From the NCBI GenBank assembly GCA_937990735.1, contig CALKQT010000034.1:15200-79199 (forward strand): a stretch of DNA of 64,000 nt, read 5' to 3'. This document shows, in pieces, positions 1-9,514 of the stretch. Position numbers and translations under genes: made by a program. The notes under the pieces are model-generated. The model saw nothing but the letters and a program-made list of their open reading frames with translations, had not been told where the DNA came from and made no database searches. Every line of letters starts with the position of its first letter. Position 1 is the first letter of the stretch. This stretch comes from an uncultured Campylobacter sp. Its GTDB lineage: Bacteria > Campylobacterota > Campylobacteria > Campylobacterales > Campylobacteraceae.

Positions 1-636
1 ACGATTAAAGCGGGCGCAAACGGCGTGGTAAACGGCTACCTGCACTCAAACGGCCGCGTAGGCGTCATCATCGCCGCAGCTTGCGATAGCGAGCAGACCG
101 CACAGAATGCGCAGGAGCTTATAAAAAATCTCTGCATGCACGCAGCCGCGATGAAACCTCAGGTTATCAGCTATAAAGAGCTTGATCCTGATTTTATCGA
201 AAAAGAATTTTTGGCTCTTAAAGGCGAGTTTGAGAAGGAAAACGAGGAGTTTGTGCGCTTAGGTAAGCCCCTTCATAAGATCCCGCAGTTTGGCTCGCGC
301 GCGCATCTAAGCGATGAAATTTTAGCCAAAGAGATCGAAGCTTTAAAAGACGAGCTTCGCAAGCAAAATAAACCTGAAAAAATTTGGGATAAAATTTTGC
401 CGGGTCAGATCGATCGCTTCATCGCCGATAATACTCAAATCGATCAGCGCCTCACGCTGCTAGGGCAATTTTACGTCATGGACGATAAGAAAACCGTTGA
501 GCAGGTGATTGACGAAGAAGCTAAAAAACTAGGTGGCAAAATCGAGATCGTAAAATACGTCCGCTTCGAAGTGGGCGAGGGTCTAGAGAAAAAGAGCGAA
601 GACTTCGCTGCCGAAGTAGCGGCTCAAATCGGCTAA
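1..636 (+). CDS. tsf: Elongation factor Ts, C-terminal part (5' end lies outside the window)
   Basis: Frame is open from nt 1 (TIKAGANGVVNGYLHSNGRVGV...). EF-Ts-like C-terminal pattern (GQFYVMDDKKTVEQV, VKYVRFEVGEG). Gene order matches C. jejuni tsf-ABC-acidic protein-gmk-tatA-argS. Confidence 0.85.
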   Translation, partial: TIKAGANGVVNGYLHSNGRVGVIIAAACDSEQTAQNAQELIKNLCMHAAAMKPQVISYKELDPDFIEKEFLALKGEFEKENEEFVRLGKPLHKIPQFGSRAHLSDEILAKEIEALKDELRKQNKPEKIWDKILPGQIDRFIADNTQIDQRLTLLGQFYVMDDKKTVEQVIDEEAKKLGGKIEIVKYVRFEVGEGLEKKSEDFAAEVAAQIG

Positions 637-638
637 AT

Positions 639-1280
639 ATGGAACTTCTAAAGGGCGTAAATCTTACTCACGCGTATGATTATACGCTCTTTGAAAATGT
701 AAGTTTAAGTGTCCAAGAGAGCGAGAGCATCGCCATTTTGGGCGTTAGCGGCTGCGGCAAATCGACCCTGCTTCATATTCTATGCACGCTTTTAAAACCG
801 AACTCGGGCGAAGTGATCTACGACGGGCGCAGTATTTACGAACTAAGCTCCGATGAGAGACTTAAAATTCGCCGTAACGACTTTGGCATAATATTTCAAT
901 CTCACTACCTTTTTAAGGGCTTCTCCTCCGGCGAAAATATCGAACTCGCTGCTAAACTTACGAATAATGCGATAGATGATGAAATTTTAAAAAAGCTTCA
1001 GATCGAACATACTTTAAAGCAAGGCGTGGGCGAGCTTAGCGGCGGACAGCAGCAGCGCGTGAGCATCGCTCGCATACTTTGCAAAAAGCCACGCATAATC
1101 TTTGCCGACGAGCCTACTGGAAATTTAGATAAGGATACCGCAAACGAGGTCATGAACGTGATTTTTGATTACGTAAAATCCAGTCGTGGCGCGCTCGTGC
1201 TCGTGACCCACGATGAGAATTTAGCGCAAAAATGCTGCAAAGTTTATCGACTAAATAACCGAAATTTAGCGCAAATATAA
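639..1280 (+). CDS. ABC transporter ATP-binding protein (LolD/FtsE-like)
   Basis: Walker [13 protein letters not shown] signature LSGGQQQRV, Walker B IIFADEPT. Starts 3 nt after the tsf stop. Confidence 0.85.
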   Translation: MELLKGVNLTHAYDYTLFENVSLSVQESESIAILGVSGCGKSTLLHILCTLLKPNSGEVIYDGRSIYELSSDERLKIRRNDFGIIFQSHYLFKGFSSGENIELAAKLTNNAIDDEILKKLQIEHTLKQGVGELSGGQQQRVSIARILCKKPRIIFADEPTGNLDKDTANEVMNVIFDYVKSSRGALVLVTHDENLAQKCCKVYRLNNRNLAQI

Positions 1281-1337
1281 GCAATTAATAACCAAAAATA
1301 TCTTACAATAGCCCAAATTCTTTCTAAAAGGTCATAA

Positions 1338-3422
1338 ATGAAAATTCTACTTGACAATCACAATGAGCAGGTTGCAAGTGTCGTAAATATTTGCTGCGAG
1401 CGCATCGGTGCGGACCTAGTAGCATATAGTGCGGACGAGAGTGAATATGATTTGACGATAAAAAATTATGAAGATGGCGATGATATTTCAAAATTTGATC
1501 TTAATAAAACGCTGTTTCTGACGCCTAAAAATGTCTCAGTACCAGGAGCGCGATACACCCTTACTAAGCCTTTTTCGCCGCTTGAGCTCATCACGTTTAT
1601 CAGCGAGTTTTCGATTCAAAATATGAGCGTGCAGGCGAAAGAAAAAATGGCGAAAGAATTTGCCGATGCAAGCTCTGTGATGAAAGAGATCGATGCGATT
1701 GACCAGGCAAATTCCACTTCGGGTAGTAATTTTGAAGAGCTTGTGGATAGCTTTTACGACTCCGGCAAGGATATACCGCTTTCGCAGCTGGCAAGCGACA
1801 TAGCGCCCGAGATTGCAGATGATGTGCCGCTTTCGCAGTTGGTAGGTGATATGCCGCGCGCGCCCGAGATCGCAGATGATATTCCGCTCTCACAGCTTGC
1901 AGATGAAGCAGCTCTTGCGGACACCATCGCCGATGATACGCCGCTTAACGCAGTCGCAGAAAAGATTGCGGATAATATCGCAGACGATATGCCTCTAAAC
2001 TTAGCTGCTGGCGATATCCCTGAGGATGTACCACTAAATAGTATCAGCACAAGCGAGTCTGCCGAAAGTAATAACACACCTCAGGGCGAAATTTCGCTCG
2101 CAAAGGATGACGCTCCAATAGCTCTAGCAGCGCTAGATGATGAAAATCCTAAGAATTTCAAAACAAATAAATCGCAGACAGAAGATGAAATTCCCGCCAC
2201 ACGGGCAAGCGAAACTTTACCGCTTGCGCAGCAAGATGAGCCGCAAAGAGCCGGCAGCTCTAATGAAACTGCTGTTGAAAAAAAGGCAGACGCTGCGCCT
2301 AATTTAGAGGAAGCGAAAGACTCTGCGGACGTTACGCTTAAACAACATGAGTCAGACGGCTCATTTGCCTATAAAACAGAGGAAAGAAAATCTGCCTCGC
2401 AAGTAGTGCAAGATGCGGCTGGCGCGTCTGTTAACAGTGGATTTGATATGGATTTTTCTAGGCTTTTCGATAGCGCTGGCATGCCCGTGGAGGAGTTTGG
2501 CGGATATGATAATTTTGCCGCGGCTGCGTTTGCTTCTGATGAAAAAGAGGATAAAAAATCTGCGCATGATAAAAATAAAGCGGCTACGGATTTTCAAAAA
2601 ACGCAAATTTCGTCTCAATACGAGGTCGCTTCAGATACGCCGATTGCGCTAGCGGGTGCGGGCGATATACCTCGCGAAAATCTTTATAACGCCGTTCCAT
2701 TTCAAAGCATGGAATTTACTGGCGGACTTGCACAGAATACGCCTATTTCTGCTCATAATGAAGCAGGGGATTCAATTGGCGCAAATTTCGCAGCTTCTAC
2801 AAATTTTAGTAATACCGGGACCACAAATTCTACTCCTGCGCCGAATTTTTCGGAGCTAAACTTACCGCACATATTAGATGCCTCAGATTTACCGAATCAA
2901 AGCGAACAATCTGATAGCGTTGCTGGCGGGTTTGCGGACGGATTTTTACGCGCTATGGAGGGCGATTTTGCAAACTCGTTTGCCGCAAACTCCGCAGATA
3001 GCGAGCAATTTAAATCCGGCAAGCCCGCAAAGAGCGCCGCGCAGCAGATAAAATTTAATGCTTCAAAGCCTATATCAAAGGCTTCGGAGCGCACCGAATT
3101 TAAAGCGCATAAATTCGGCGCGTCCGAGCAGGTAAATGAGATGAAATTTGGCGCACAAGCTATGCCGAATGAGCTTGCCGCTTCGGCTGCGGCGGAGTTT
3201 GCCAGCCTTATGGCAAGCGAGTTGGAGCCCAGCGCCAAAAGCGAGCCACTGCGTAACGAGCATATCAAAAAACCGAGCGCCGAGGAGCTGAAAACCAAGT
3301 TGCGCGATGATCTGGAAGCGGGCATCGCAAATACTATCGAGAGATTTGCGGGTAGCAAGGACGCCAAAGACGCGCTGAAGGACTTTAAGATCAATATTGA
3401 CATATCGTTTGGAGATAGATAG
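1338..3422 (+). CDS. Highly acidic repeat protein of unknown function, same position as the C. jejuni 'highly acidic protein' upstream of gmk
   Basis: 694-aa ORF, D/E/A/S-rich, with tandem PEIADD[VI]PLSQL units. About 95-aa N-terminal globular region. Its stop overlaps the gmk GTG start (TAGTG). Confidence 0.7.
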   Translation: MKILLDNHNEQVASVVNICCERIGADLVAYSADESEYDLTIKNYEDGDDISKFDLNKTLFLTPKNVSVPGARYTLTKPFSPLELITFISEFSIQNMSVQAKEKMAKEFADASSVMKEIDAIDQANSTSGSNFEELVDSFYDSGKDIPLSQLASDIAPEIADDVPLSQLVGDMPRAPEIADDIPLSQLADEAALADTIADDTPLNAVAEKIADNIADDMPLNLAAGDIPEDVPLNSISTSESAESNNTPQGEISLAKDDAPIALAALDDENPKNFKTNKSQTEDEIPATRASETLPLAQQDEPQRAGSSNETAVEKKADAAPNLEEAKDSADVTLKQHESDGSFAYKTEERKSASQVVQDAAGASVNSGFDMDFSRLFDSAGMPVEEFGGYDNFAAAAFASDEKEDKKSAHDKNKAATDFQKTQISSQYEVASDTPIALAGAGDIPRENLYNAVPFQSMEFTGGLAQNTPISAHNEAGDSIGANFAASTNFSNTGTTNSTPAPNFSELNLPHILDASDLPNQSEQSDSVAGGFADGFLRAMEGDFANSFAANSADSEQFKSGKPAKSAAQQIKFNASKPISKASERTEFKAHKFGASEQVNEMKFGAQAMPNELAASAAAEFASLMASELEPSAKSEPLRNEHIKKPSAEELKTKLRDDLEAGIANTIERFAGSKDAKDALKDFKINIDISFGDR
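1774..2045 (+). repeat. Coding tandem repeat (about 45-bp units, DD-x-PL-[SN]-x-[LV] peptide repeat) inside the acidic protein
   Basis: Repeated DIPLSQLA / DDVPLSQLV / DDIPLSQLA / DDTPLNAVA / DDMPLNLAA / EDVPLNSIS segments are visible in the translation and DNA. Confidence 0.75.
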
Positions 3423-4036
3423 TGAAAGGCAAAATTTTGCTCGTCTCCGGTCCCAGCGGCAGCGGCAAAAGCACGCTTATAAAGCGTCTTATCACAGAAT
3501 TCGGCGAGCAGATATACTTCTCGATCTCCTCTACGACTCGCGAAATGCGTGCGGGTGAAGCGGACGGCGTGAATTATCATTTCATAAGCGAGAGCGAGTT
3601 TCGCGCAGGCATCGAGCGTGGGGAGTTTTTAGAGTGGGCATTGGTCCACGGCAAATACTACGGTACTTCGCTAAAAGCCGCTACGAGCGAGCTTGAGCGG
3701 GGTAAGATCGTGATTTTTGACATCGATGTGCAAGGATATGAGATCGTGCGTAGCAAAGTGCCTAAAAGCGAGCTTACTAGCGTATTTATTACTACGCCGA
3801 GCTTGTCGGAGCTTAGAGATAGGTTGCGTGCTCGTGGCGATAATGATCCTGCCGATATTGCTTTACGCCTACAAAACGCGCAAGAGGAGATGGAGCGCCT
3901 AGGCGAGTATGATTATTTCATAATAAACGACCGCCTGGAAACGGCGTATGAAAATTTAAGATCGATCTATAAAACTATCAAATTAGAAACGGCGAGCCGC
4001 GACATAGGCAAGCTAATCGAAATTTGGAAAATTTAA
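3422..4036 (+). CDS. gmk: Guanylate kinase
   Basis: P-loop [14 protein letters not shown] motif, YHF...F, typical length of 204 aa. GTG start overlaps the upstream stop. Confidence 0.9.
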   Translation: MKGKILLVSGPSGSGKSTLIKRLITEFGEQIYFSISSTTREMRAGEADGVNYHFISESEFRAGIERGEFLEWALVHGKYYGTSLKAATSELERGKIVIFDIDVQGYEIVRSKVPKSELTSVFITTPSLSELRDRLRARGDNDPADIALRLQNAQEEMERLGEYDYFIINDRLETAYENLRSIYKTIKLETASRDIGKLIEIWKI

Positions 4037-4046
4037 AGGAGAAAAA

Positions 4047-4262
4047 ATGGGTTCTATGAGTATTGGACACTGGCTGATTGTTTTGATCGTTGTTGTGTTG
4101 CTGTTCGGAGCGAAAAAAATCCCAGAGCTTGCAAAGGGTCTAGGACAGGGCATAAAGACTTTCAAAAAAGAGATGGAAGAGGACGACGAACCGCAAAAGG
4201 TCGAGAAAAAGATGGAACAAGAGGTTAAAGACGCCGAAATCAGCGATACTAAAAAGGCGTAA
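4047..4262 (+). CDS. tatA: Sec-independent (Tat) translocase protein TatA/E
   Basis: 71 aa. N-terminal TM helix followed by [21 protein letters not shown] amphipathic motif. RBS AAAGGAGA upstream. Confidence 0.85.
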   Translation: MGSMSIGHWLIVLIVVVLLFGAKKIPELAKGLGQGIKTFKKEMEEDDEPQKVEKKMEQEVKDAEISDTKKA

Positions 4263-4267
4263 AGGAT

Positions 4268-6064
4268 TTGAAAAATTTAGTCTTAAATGAAATTTTTAAA
4301 ATTTTATCTCGCAAAGTCGTTTTAGAAAAACCCAAAGATAAAAGTTTGGCTCATTACGCCTCGCCCGAGGCTTTCGCGCTAGCTAAGGAGCTGCGAAAGG
4401 CGCCAAAGCTTATCGCCGAGGAGCTTGCGGCTAAATTTAAAGATAGCGAAATTCTAAGCGCCACGGCGGTGAATGGCTATCTAAATTTTCACCTAAAGCC
4501 CGCCGTGTTGGGCGCTCTTGCTGAAAATGCCCTTAGACTGGGCGGCGATTTTGCGAAAAACGACGCCGAGCTTGGACGCGGAATTTTACTAGCTTCAAAG
4601 AAGCTTTGCGCGAGCGAGCCTGCTAGCAAAGGCTGTGCTGCAAATCTAGCTGCGAGAGGCAACGACACCGCCAAATCGCAAAATTCCGCCACTAGGCAAA
4701 ATTTTATTTCGCAGAATTCCGAAGAGGCGTCAAATTCTATCGCAGCATCAAATTGTGATGAGGCGCGGAATTCCGCCGCCGCGCCGCAAAAAATTCTACT
4801 CGAATACATTAGCGCTAATCCTACAGGTCCGCTTCATATCGGGCACGTGCGCGGCGCCGTTTATGGCGATACATTCGCCCGCATCGGAGGCTATCTGGGG
4901 CACCGCGTCGATACCGAGTACTACATCAACGACGCGGGCAATCAGATTGAGCTTTTGGGCACTTCGATCGCGCTTCGTGCGCGCGAGCTCGCGGGCGAGG
5001 ACGTGAGCTACCCCGAGAAATACTACCGCGGCGAGTATATCGACGAGATTATCCCTCTTGCGCGCGCTGAGTTCGGTGATGAAATTTTCCGCGACGAATC
5101 GCGGATCTTGCAGCTCGCGGAGTTTGCTAAAGACGAAGTGCTAAAGATCATCCAAAAAGATCTCGCAGACGCCGGCATCCATATCCAAAACTGGGCTAGC
5201 GAAAAGAGCCTCTACGGCGAGCTTGGGTCTACGATTAAGAAGCTCGAGCGTAGCGGCAAGATGCATGAGGCGGATGACAAAATTTGGATCCGTTCATCGC
5301 AGCTCGGCGACGAAAAGGATCGCGTCGTCATTCGCGAGGATGCGCGCCCGACCTATCTTGCGGGCGACATCGTCTATCACAACAACAAATTTGAGCGCGG
5401 TTACGATAGATACATCAACATCTGGGGAGCCGATCACCACGGCTACATCGCGCGCTTAAAGGCTGCCGTGCATTTTCTGGGCTACGACGAAAGCAGGCTC
5501 GAGATCATCCTAATGCAGATGGTAAATTTGCTCAAAGACGGGCAGACCTACAAAATGAGCAAGCGCGCGGGCAACGCGATTTTGATGAGCGACGTGCTCG
5601 CCGCGATCGGCAGGGACGCGATGCGATTTATCTTCATCAGCAAAAAGGGCGAGACGCCGCTTGAGTTCGACGTGGACGAGCTCGCGCGCGAGGATAGCAG
5701 CAATCCGATCTTTTACATCAACTACGCCCACGCGCGGGTCAATCAAATTTTTACCAAAGCGGGCAAGCGCGAGGCGGACGTCTTGGGCGCGGACTTCGGC
5801 ACGCTAGATGAAGCGGGGCTCGGCCTAGCTTTTGCGGCGCTTGGTTTGAATGAAATTTTAAACGACGCATTTAATTCGCGCGGCTTGCAGAAGCTGCCCG
5901 ATTTCCTAAAGGCGCTCGCAGCGGACTTTCACAAATACTACAACGAAAACCGCGTCGTAGGCAGCGAGAACGAGGATGCGAAGCTCAAGCTGTTCGCTCT
6001 CGTAGCGCTCAGTATCCGTACGGCGTTTGCTCTGATGGGCCTAAGCGCGAAAGAGAAAATGTAG
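4268..6064 (+). CDS. argS: Arginine--tRNA ligase carrying an in-frame low-complexity insertion of about 70 aa
   Basis: Class I motifs: HIGH (PTGPLHIGHVRG) and KMSK (YKMSKRAGN). TTG start 5 nt after tatA. About 68 aa longer than my recollection of C. jejuni ArgS (about 530 aa, not checked here). The extra segment lies between the N-terminal domain and HIGH. Confidence 0.9.
   Translation: MKNLVLNEIFKILSRKVVLEKPKDKSLAHYASPEAFALAKELRKAPKLIAEELAAKFKDSEILSATAVNGYLNFHLKPAVLGALAENALRLGGDFAKNDAELGRGILLASKKLCASEPASKGCAANLAARGNDTAKSQNSATRQNFISQNSEEASNSIAASNCDEARNSAAAPQKILLEYISANPTGPLHIGHVRGAVYGDTFARIGGYLGHRVDTEYYINDAGNQIELLGTSIALRARELAGEDVSYPEKYYRGEYIDEIIPLARAEFGDEIFRDESRILQLAEFAKDEVLKIIQKDLADAGIHIQNWASEKSLYGELGSTIKKLERSGKMHEADDKIWIRSSQLGDEKDRVVIREDARPTYLAGDIVYHNNKFERGYDRYINIWGADHHGYIARLKAAVHFLGYDESRLEIILMQMVNLLKDGQTYKMSKRAGNAILMSDVLAAIGRDAMRFIFISKKGETPLEFDVDELAREDSSNPIFYINYAHARVNQIFTKAGKREADVLGADFGTLDEAGLGLAFAALGLNEILNDAFNSRGLQKLPDFLKALAADFHKYYNENRVVGSENEDAKLKLFALVALSIRTAFALMGLSAKEKM
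4680..4795. repeat. AATT-core short-period repeat (15-18 bp spacing) inside argS
   Basis: AATT at 4682, 4700, 4715, 4733, 4751 and 4769, with spacings of 18, 15, 18, 18 and 18. Translated as QNS/QNF/QNS/NS/NC/NS units. Confidence 0.75.
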
Positions 6065-6104
6065 TCGCGCGGGCTACATTTCGCGCCGATAGCCCTAAAT
6101 CTCA

Positions 6105-6420
6105 CGAACGAAATTTTATGATTTAAAATACAAAGCGAAATTTTACTTAAAATTTATAGCTATGAAATTTTAAAGCTAGTTCTAAATTTACGGCTCATAA
6201 AATTTCGATTTTAGAATTTTACGAGCGGTTTCGCGGCATTGCTACGGCGCTGTTCGTAAAATTTAAAATTTGGCTGCAAATTTACTGCTTGCGGAATTTC
6301 AAAATTTCAAAATTTTGCGGCGTGGAAGTTCGAAGTAAAATTTTAAAACAAGGCTTGAGGTACTAAAATTTTTGTGCAGATTAAATTTCATGCGACGAAA
6401 TTTAATTCGTAGAATTCTCC
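6105..6420. repeat. Intergenic RAATTY-rich short-period repeat block
   Basis: Dense AAATTT/GAATTT/AAATTC motifs (for example gcgaaattttac, ctatgaaatttta, cggaatttcaaaatttcaaaattttgcgg). No credible ORF. Confidence 0.7.
6141..6228 (+). repeat. Left copy of an approximately 90-bp dispersed direct repeat (partner at 7564..7653)
   Basis: ttttacttaaaatttatagctatgaaattttaaagctagttctaaatttacggct... aligns with ttttacttgaaattctatcgctatgaaattttaaggcttagttctaaatttagggct... The first 60 nt or so are nearly identical. Confidence 0.75.
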
Positions 6421-6486
6421 TTGGCGGGATTTGCCTGCAAGAGTACTCCTTAAGCCCCGCGGTGCATCGCCGCAAAAAGGATAGAT

Positions 6487-7269
6487 ATGAGAAAGATCAT
6501 CGATATAGCGGCGCTTTCGCTCGCCGTTTGCATCTTGGTTATAGTGCTTTTTTGGCCGTCGCCCGTTTTGTCGTTCAAATGCTACCGCGGCGATGGCGTA
6601 AGCTGCGCGCAGCTGGGGCGCGACAAGCTCTCCCGCGGAGATTACGACGGCGCCAAGCTTGCTCTTGCTAGGGCTTGCGAGGCGGGCGAGAAGGATAGCT
6701 GCTTTGATTTGGGGGCCCTATACGATGGCGAGGGTAATGCGACGCAAGCGGGCGTATTTTATGCCGCAGCGTGCGATAAAAACGTCGCCGTAGCCTGCCA
6801 CAAGCTAGGCAACCTATATCAGCGAGGGCGCCTGAGTAGGGACTTCTCTGCGGCAGCTCGGCACTATATCAAGGCTTGCGATTTGGGCTACACCAAGAGC
6901 TGCCACAATGCGGCCGTGGTCTATTTCACAGGCGGCTTTGGACTTGCGGCGGATCAAGCAAAGGCAGTGAGCTTTTTCGAGCGAGGTTGCGACGGCGGGC
7001 TAGTGGATAGCTGCTATAACGTCGGCGTTGCGTATGATAAGGGCCTAGGCGCGCCGCAGGATCGCGATAAGGCGGAGAAGCTTTACACCAAATCCTGCGA
7101 GCTGGGCTACGGCGACGCCTGCAATAATTTAGGCTATTTGTATGTGATCAAGGGGGATCTGCGCGGATTTTCCAAGGGGCTTGGATGGGTCAAAAAGGGC
7201 TGCGACGCGGGCAATAAAAAATCCTGCCAGATTTACGAATTCATGAAAGAGCAAATTTTAAAGAAGTAG
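6487..7269 (+). CDS. Sel1-like repeat (SLR) cysteine-rich protein, Hcp-like, with N-terminal signal/TM segment
   Basis: Repeated C-x(7,8)-C-x-x-LG-x-x-Y...G units (ACEAGEKDSCFDLGALY, ACDKNVAVACHKLGNLY, SCELGYGDACNNLGYLY). RBS AAGGA upstream. Confidence 0.8.
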   Translation: MRKIIDIAALSLAVCILVIVLFWPSPVLSFKCYRGDGVSCAQLGRDKLSRGDYDGAKLALARACEAGEKDSCFDLGALYDGEGNATQAGVFYAAACDKNVAVACHKLGNLYQRGRLSRDFSAAARHYIKACDLGYTKSCHNAAVVYFTGGFGLAADQAKAVSFFERGCDGGLVDSCYNVGVAYDKGLGAPQDRDKAEKLYTKSCELGYGDACNNLGYLYVIKGDLRGFSKGLGWVKKGCDAGNKKSCQIYEFMKEQILKK

Positions 7270-7563
7270 GTGCTCGGTAGCCCCGCTCATGTTTCGGTTT
7301 GTACTGCCTGCCGTGCGCCGTCTGTTTTGTATTGCTCGCCGTGTGCCGTCTGTCCGTATGGCGTCTATTGCGCTATCCGCCTTGCACCGCATATTTATAC
7401 TGCCCGTTGCGAGATATCGGTTTTGCGATGGCTTTTGCGATATTGCCGTGGCAGGATTTGTGAGCTTTCGTAGCGCGCGCAATTTCGCCGAGATTTTACG
7501 ACGTGCGAAATTCAGTAAGACGTAATAGCCAGTGCATGCGATTAGCCAAATTTAGCGGCGGAG

Positions 7564-7653
7564 TTTTACTTGAAATTCTATCGCTATGAAATTTTAAGGC
7601 TTAGTTCTAAATTTAGGGCTTGCAGAATCTCAACTTTAAAATTTTATGGGCGG
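7564..7653 (+). repeat. Right copy of the approximately 90-bp dispersed direct repeat (partner at 6141..6228)
   Basis: See the partner entry. Together the two copies bracket the Sel1-repeat gene in the same orientation. Confidence 0.75.
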
Positions 7654-7743
7654 CGCTGCAAGCAAGACAAAATTTAGATTTTAAAATTTTACGGCGCGGA
7701 ATTTAGCGCGGAAGTAAAGCGCGAAGCTGTTTGAGGAGGTAAA

Positions 7744-8172
7744 TTGGAATATGAGATCACGGGCGAGGTTCGAAATCTCCGCGTCCACGCTGCAAGAGGA
7801 AATAGCAAAATTTGGGTATTTTTCGAGATAGACGGCGTGAAGCTGCGCGGCGAGTTTAACGATATCCCCGTGGAAGAGGGCGAGCTTGCGCGCGCGTATT
7901 TCATCCGCGGAGGATATGTGGGCAGCTACGTGATTACGAGGGTTCAGGTAGCGCGCAAACCAAGCCCCTTGCGCCGCAAGCTGGGGATCGCGACCGCCGT
8001 GTGCATGCTTGGCTTCGGCGCGGCGCTGTGGATCGTGGGCTTTGGGATTTTAAACGTCGGCGGGAGAGGCTCTCTAATTAATTTTGTCTGTGTCGCCGCG
8101 GCAGGGTTTGGGGTGCTAAAAGAGGGCGCGGGCAATCTTAAAATGTGGCTAAATCAGCGCACGTCCGAGTAG
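7744..8172 (+). CDS. Hypothetical membrane protein
   Basis: 142-aa ORF with TTG start preceded by GAGGAGG. Soluble N-terminal half, then two predicted TM helices (GIATAVCMLGFGAALWIVGFGIL, LINFVCVAAAGFGVL). Confidence 0.5.
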   Translation: MEYEITGEVRNLRVHAARGNSKIWVFFEIDGVKLRGEFNDIPVEEGELARAYFIRGGYVGSYVITRVQVARKPSPLRRKLGIATAVCMLGFGAALWIVGFGILNVGGRGSLINFVCVAAAGFGVLKEGAGNLKMWLNQRTSE

Positions 8173-8315
8173 ATCGCCGCCGCGACGCAAATTTCATAGA
8201 TTTACAAATCCGCCGAATAAAATTTACTCACGCCGCCGTATCTTTGCGACGTAAATTTTGCTAAAATTCGCTCAGGGCGCGAAATCTGCCGCGCAAATTT
8301 AGAAAAAGGTAAATT

Positions 8316-9359
8316 TTGAATATAAACGAAGCGATAGTTGCCACCGCCAAAAAGCAAAAAGAGTGTCGGCTAGCATTTGCAAAGTATCTGTTTTTGGGGA
8401 TTTTATTTATAATTATACTGCCCGTAGGCGGCGGATTTGCCGTATGGCATCTTTTTGAAAATCGCCTTGCACCGCTATTTTTCATCATTATCTATATTCC
8501 GTTTTTTCAAGCCGCGCTAATGGCTAACAGGGGCCGAGTGATCGACGAGCCGGGGGATTACAAAGCGTTTTATAAAGACGTTTTTGTCCGCGCTGCTATT
8601 CGGGGTACAGATCCAAATTTTAACTACGATCCGTTTGCCGGCATCAGCCGTAAAGAATTTCGCAAAATCGGCATCTATTCGCCCGACGAATTTCGTGCCG
8701 AAGATCAAATCAGTGGCATTTATAACGGCGTCAAATTTAGCCTCAGCGAAGCGACCCGCATCCCAAAACGGCGCGGCGCTGGAGCTAAGCGACTCGGCGG
8801 CGCTAAATTTGCTATCCGCGATAATTTTTGCATGGGAGGCGATGAAGGATATGCAGGCGTTCAGCGGCTCGGTCTTTTTTGTCGCTACGGCTTTCTATAC
8901 AATATATAGCAATGCCCAAGCCTTTAGCGGCTCGGTCTTGGTCTGCGAGTTTTACAAGAAATTTAGCGGGCAAACTATAGTGGCAAGCCGCATGCTAAAC
9001 ACCAGATTTTTGGGCGAAAAAGAGCAGATGGACGACATGTTTTTTAGCAAAGAATTCAGGGTCTTTGCGGACGATAAAGTAAGGGTACGGTATCTTTTGA
9101 CGCCGCGTTTATGGAGCGTCTGCGAGAGCTAAAGGAAAAATTCGCGGGGAAAATGGGGCTGAGCGCGGCGTTTATGGACGATAAGCTTTATCTATTTTTA
9201 AACGGAGCGAAAAACAAGTTTGAAACAACGCTCTTTTCGCCGCCGCCGAGCTTAGAGGACGCCGCAGGGATCAAAAATGAAATTTTAGAGCTTTTGCGGG
9301 TCATAGACGAGCTAAATTTGAACCCTGATTTGAGTAGAGCGGCGATTTTGGCTGATTAA
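8316..9359 (+). pseudogene. DUF3137-like membrane protein gene disrupted by two compensating frameshifts
   Basis: The reading frame runs 8316-frame, then +1 frame (8584 ORF), then back to the original frame at 9111. Restoring one T in the TTT run at 9108..9110 gives the continuous sequence ...YLLTPRFMERLRELKEKF. The family assignment is from memory of the pattern (FYK..F...F.Y.P..GI...F......ED.I.G...G..F.L.E). Confidence 0.55.
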
Positions 9360-9514
9360 ACGCGCGACGCTATTTGGCGGATAAAATCCGCTTGCACTGT
9401 GAGAGAGTGCATTACTTGTCGCCTATCGAAATACATTGCGGCTCGAGTGCTATTTCTCCGCCAGCCAAAATGTGCTACGCTTTGGTCGTATCCTTCCATG
9501 CCTATCGAGATGCG

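Noticed and set aside
2897-3580. 227-aa minus-strand ORF antisense to the acidic protein and the gmk start
   Set aside because: It lies fully antisense to two well-supported genes and its translation is low-complexity. It is a typical shadow ORF in GC/repeat-rich coding DNA.
7270-7525. Cys-rich small ORFs (67 aa and 78 aa) immediately after the Sel1 gene
   Set aside because: They are generated by the tgcc/tgcg-containing repeat units. They overlap each other in different frames and show no start signals.
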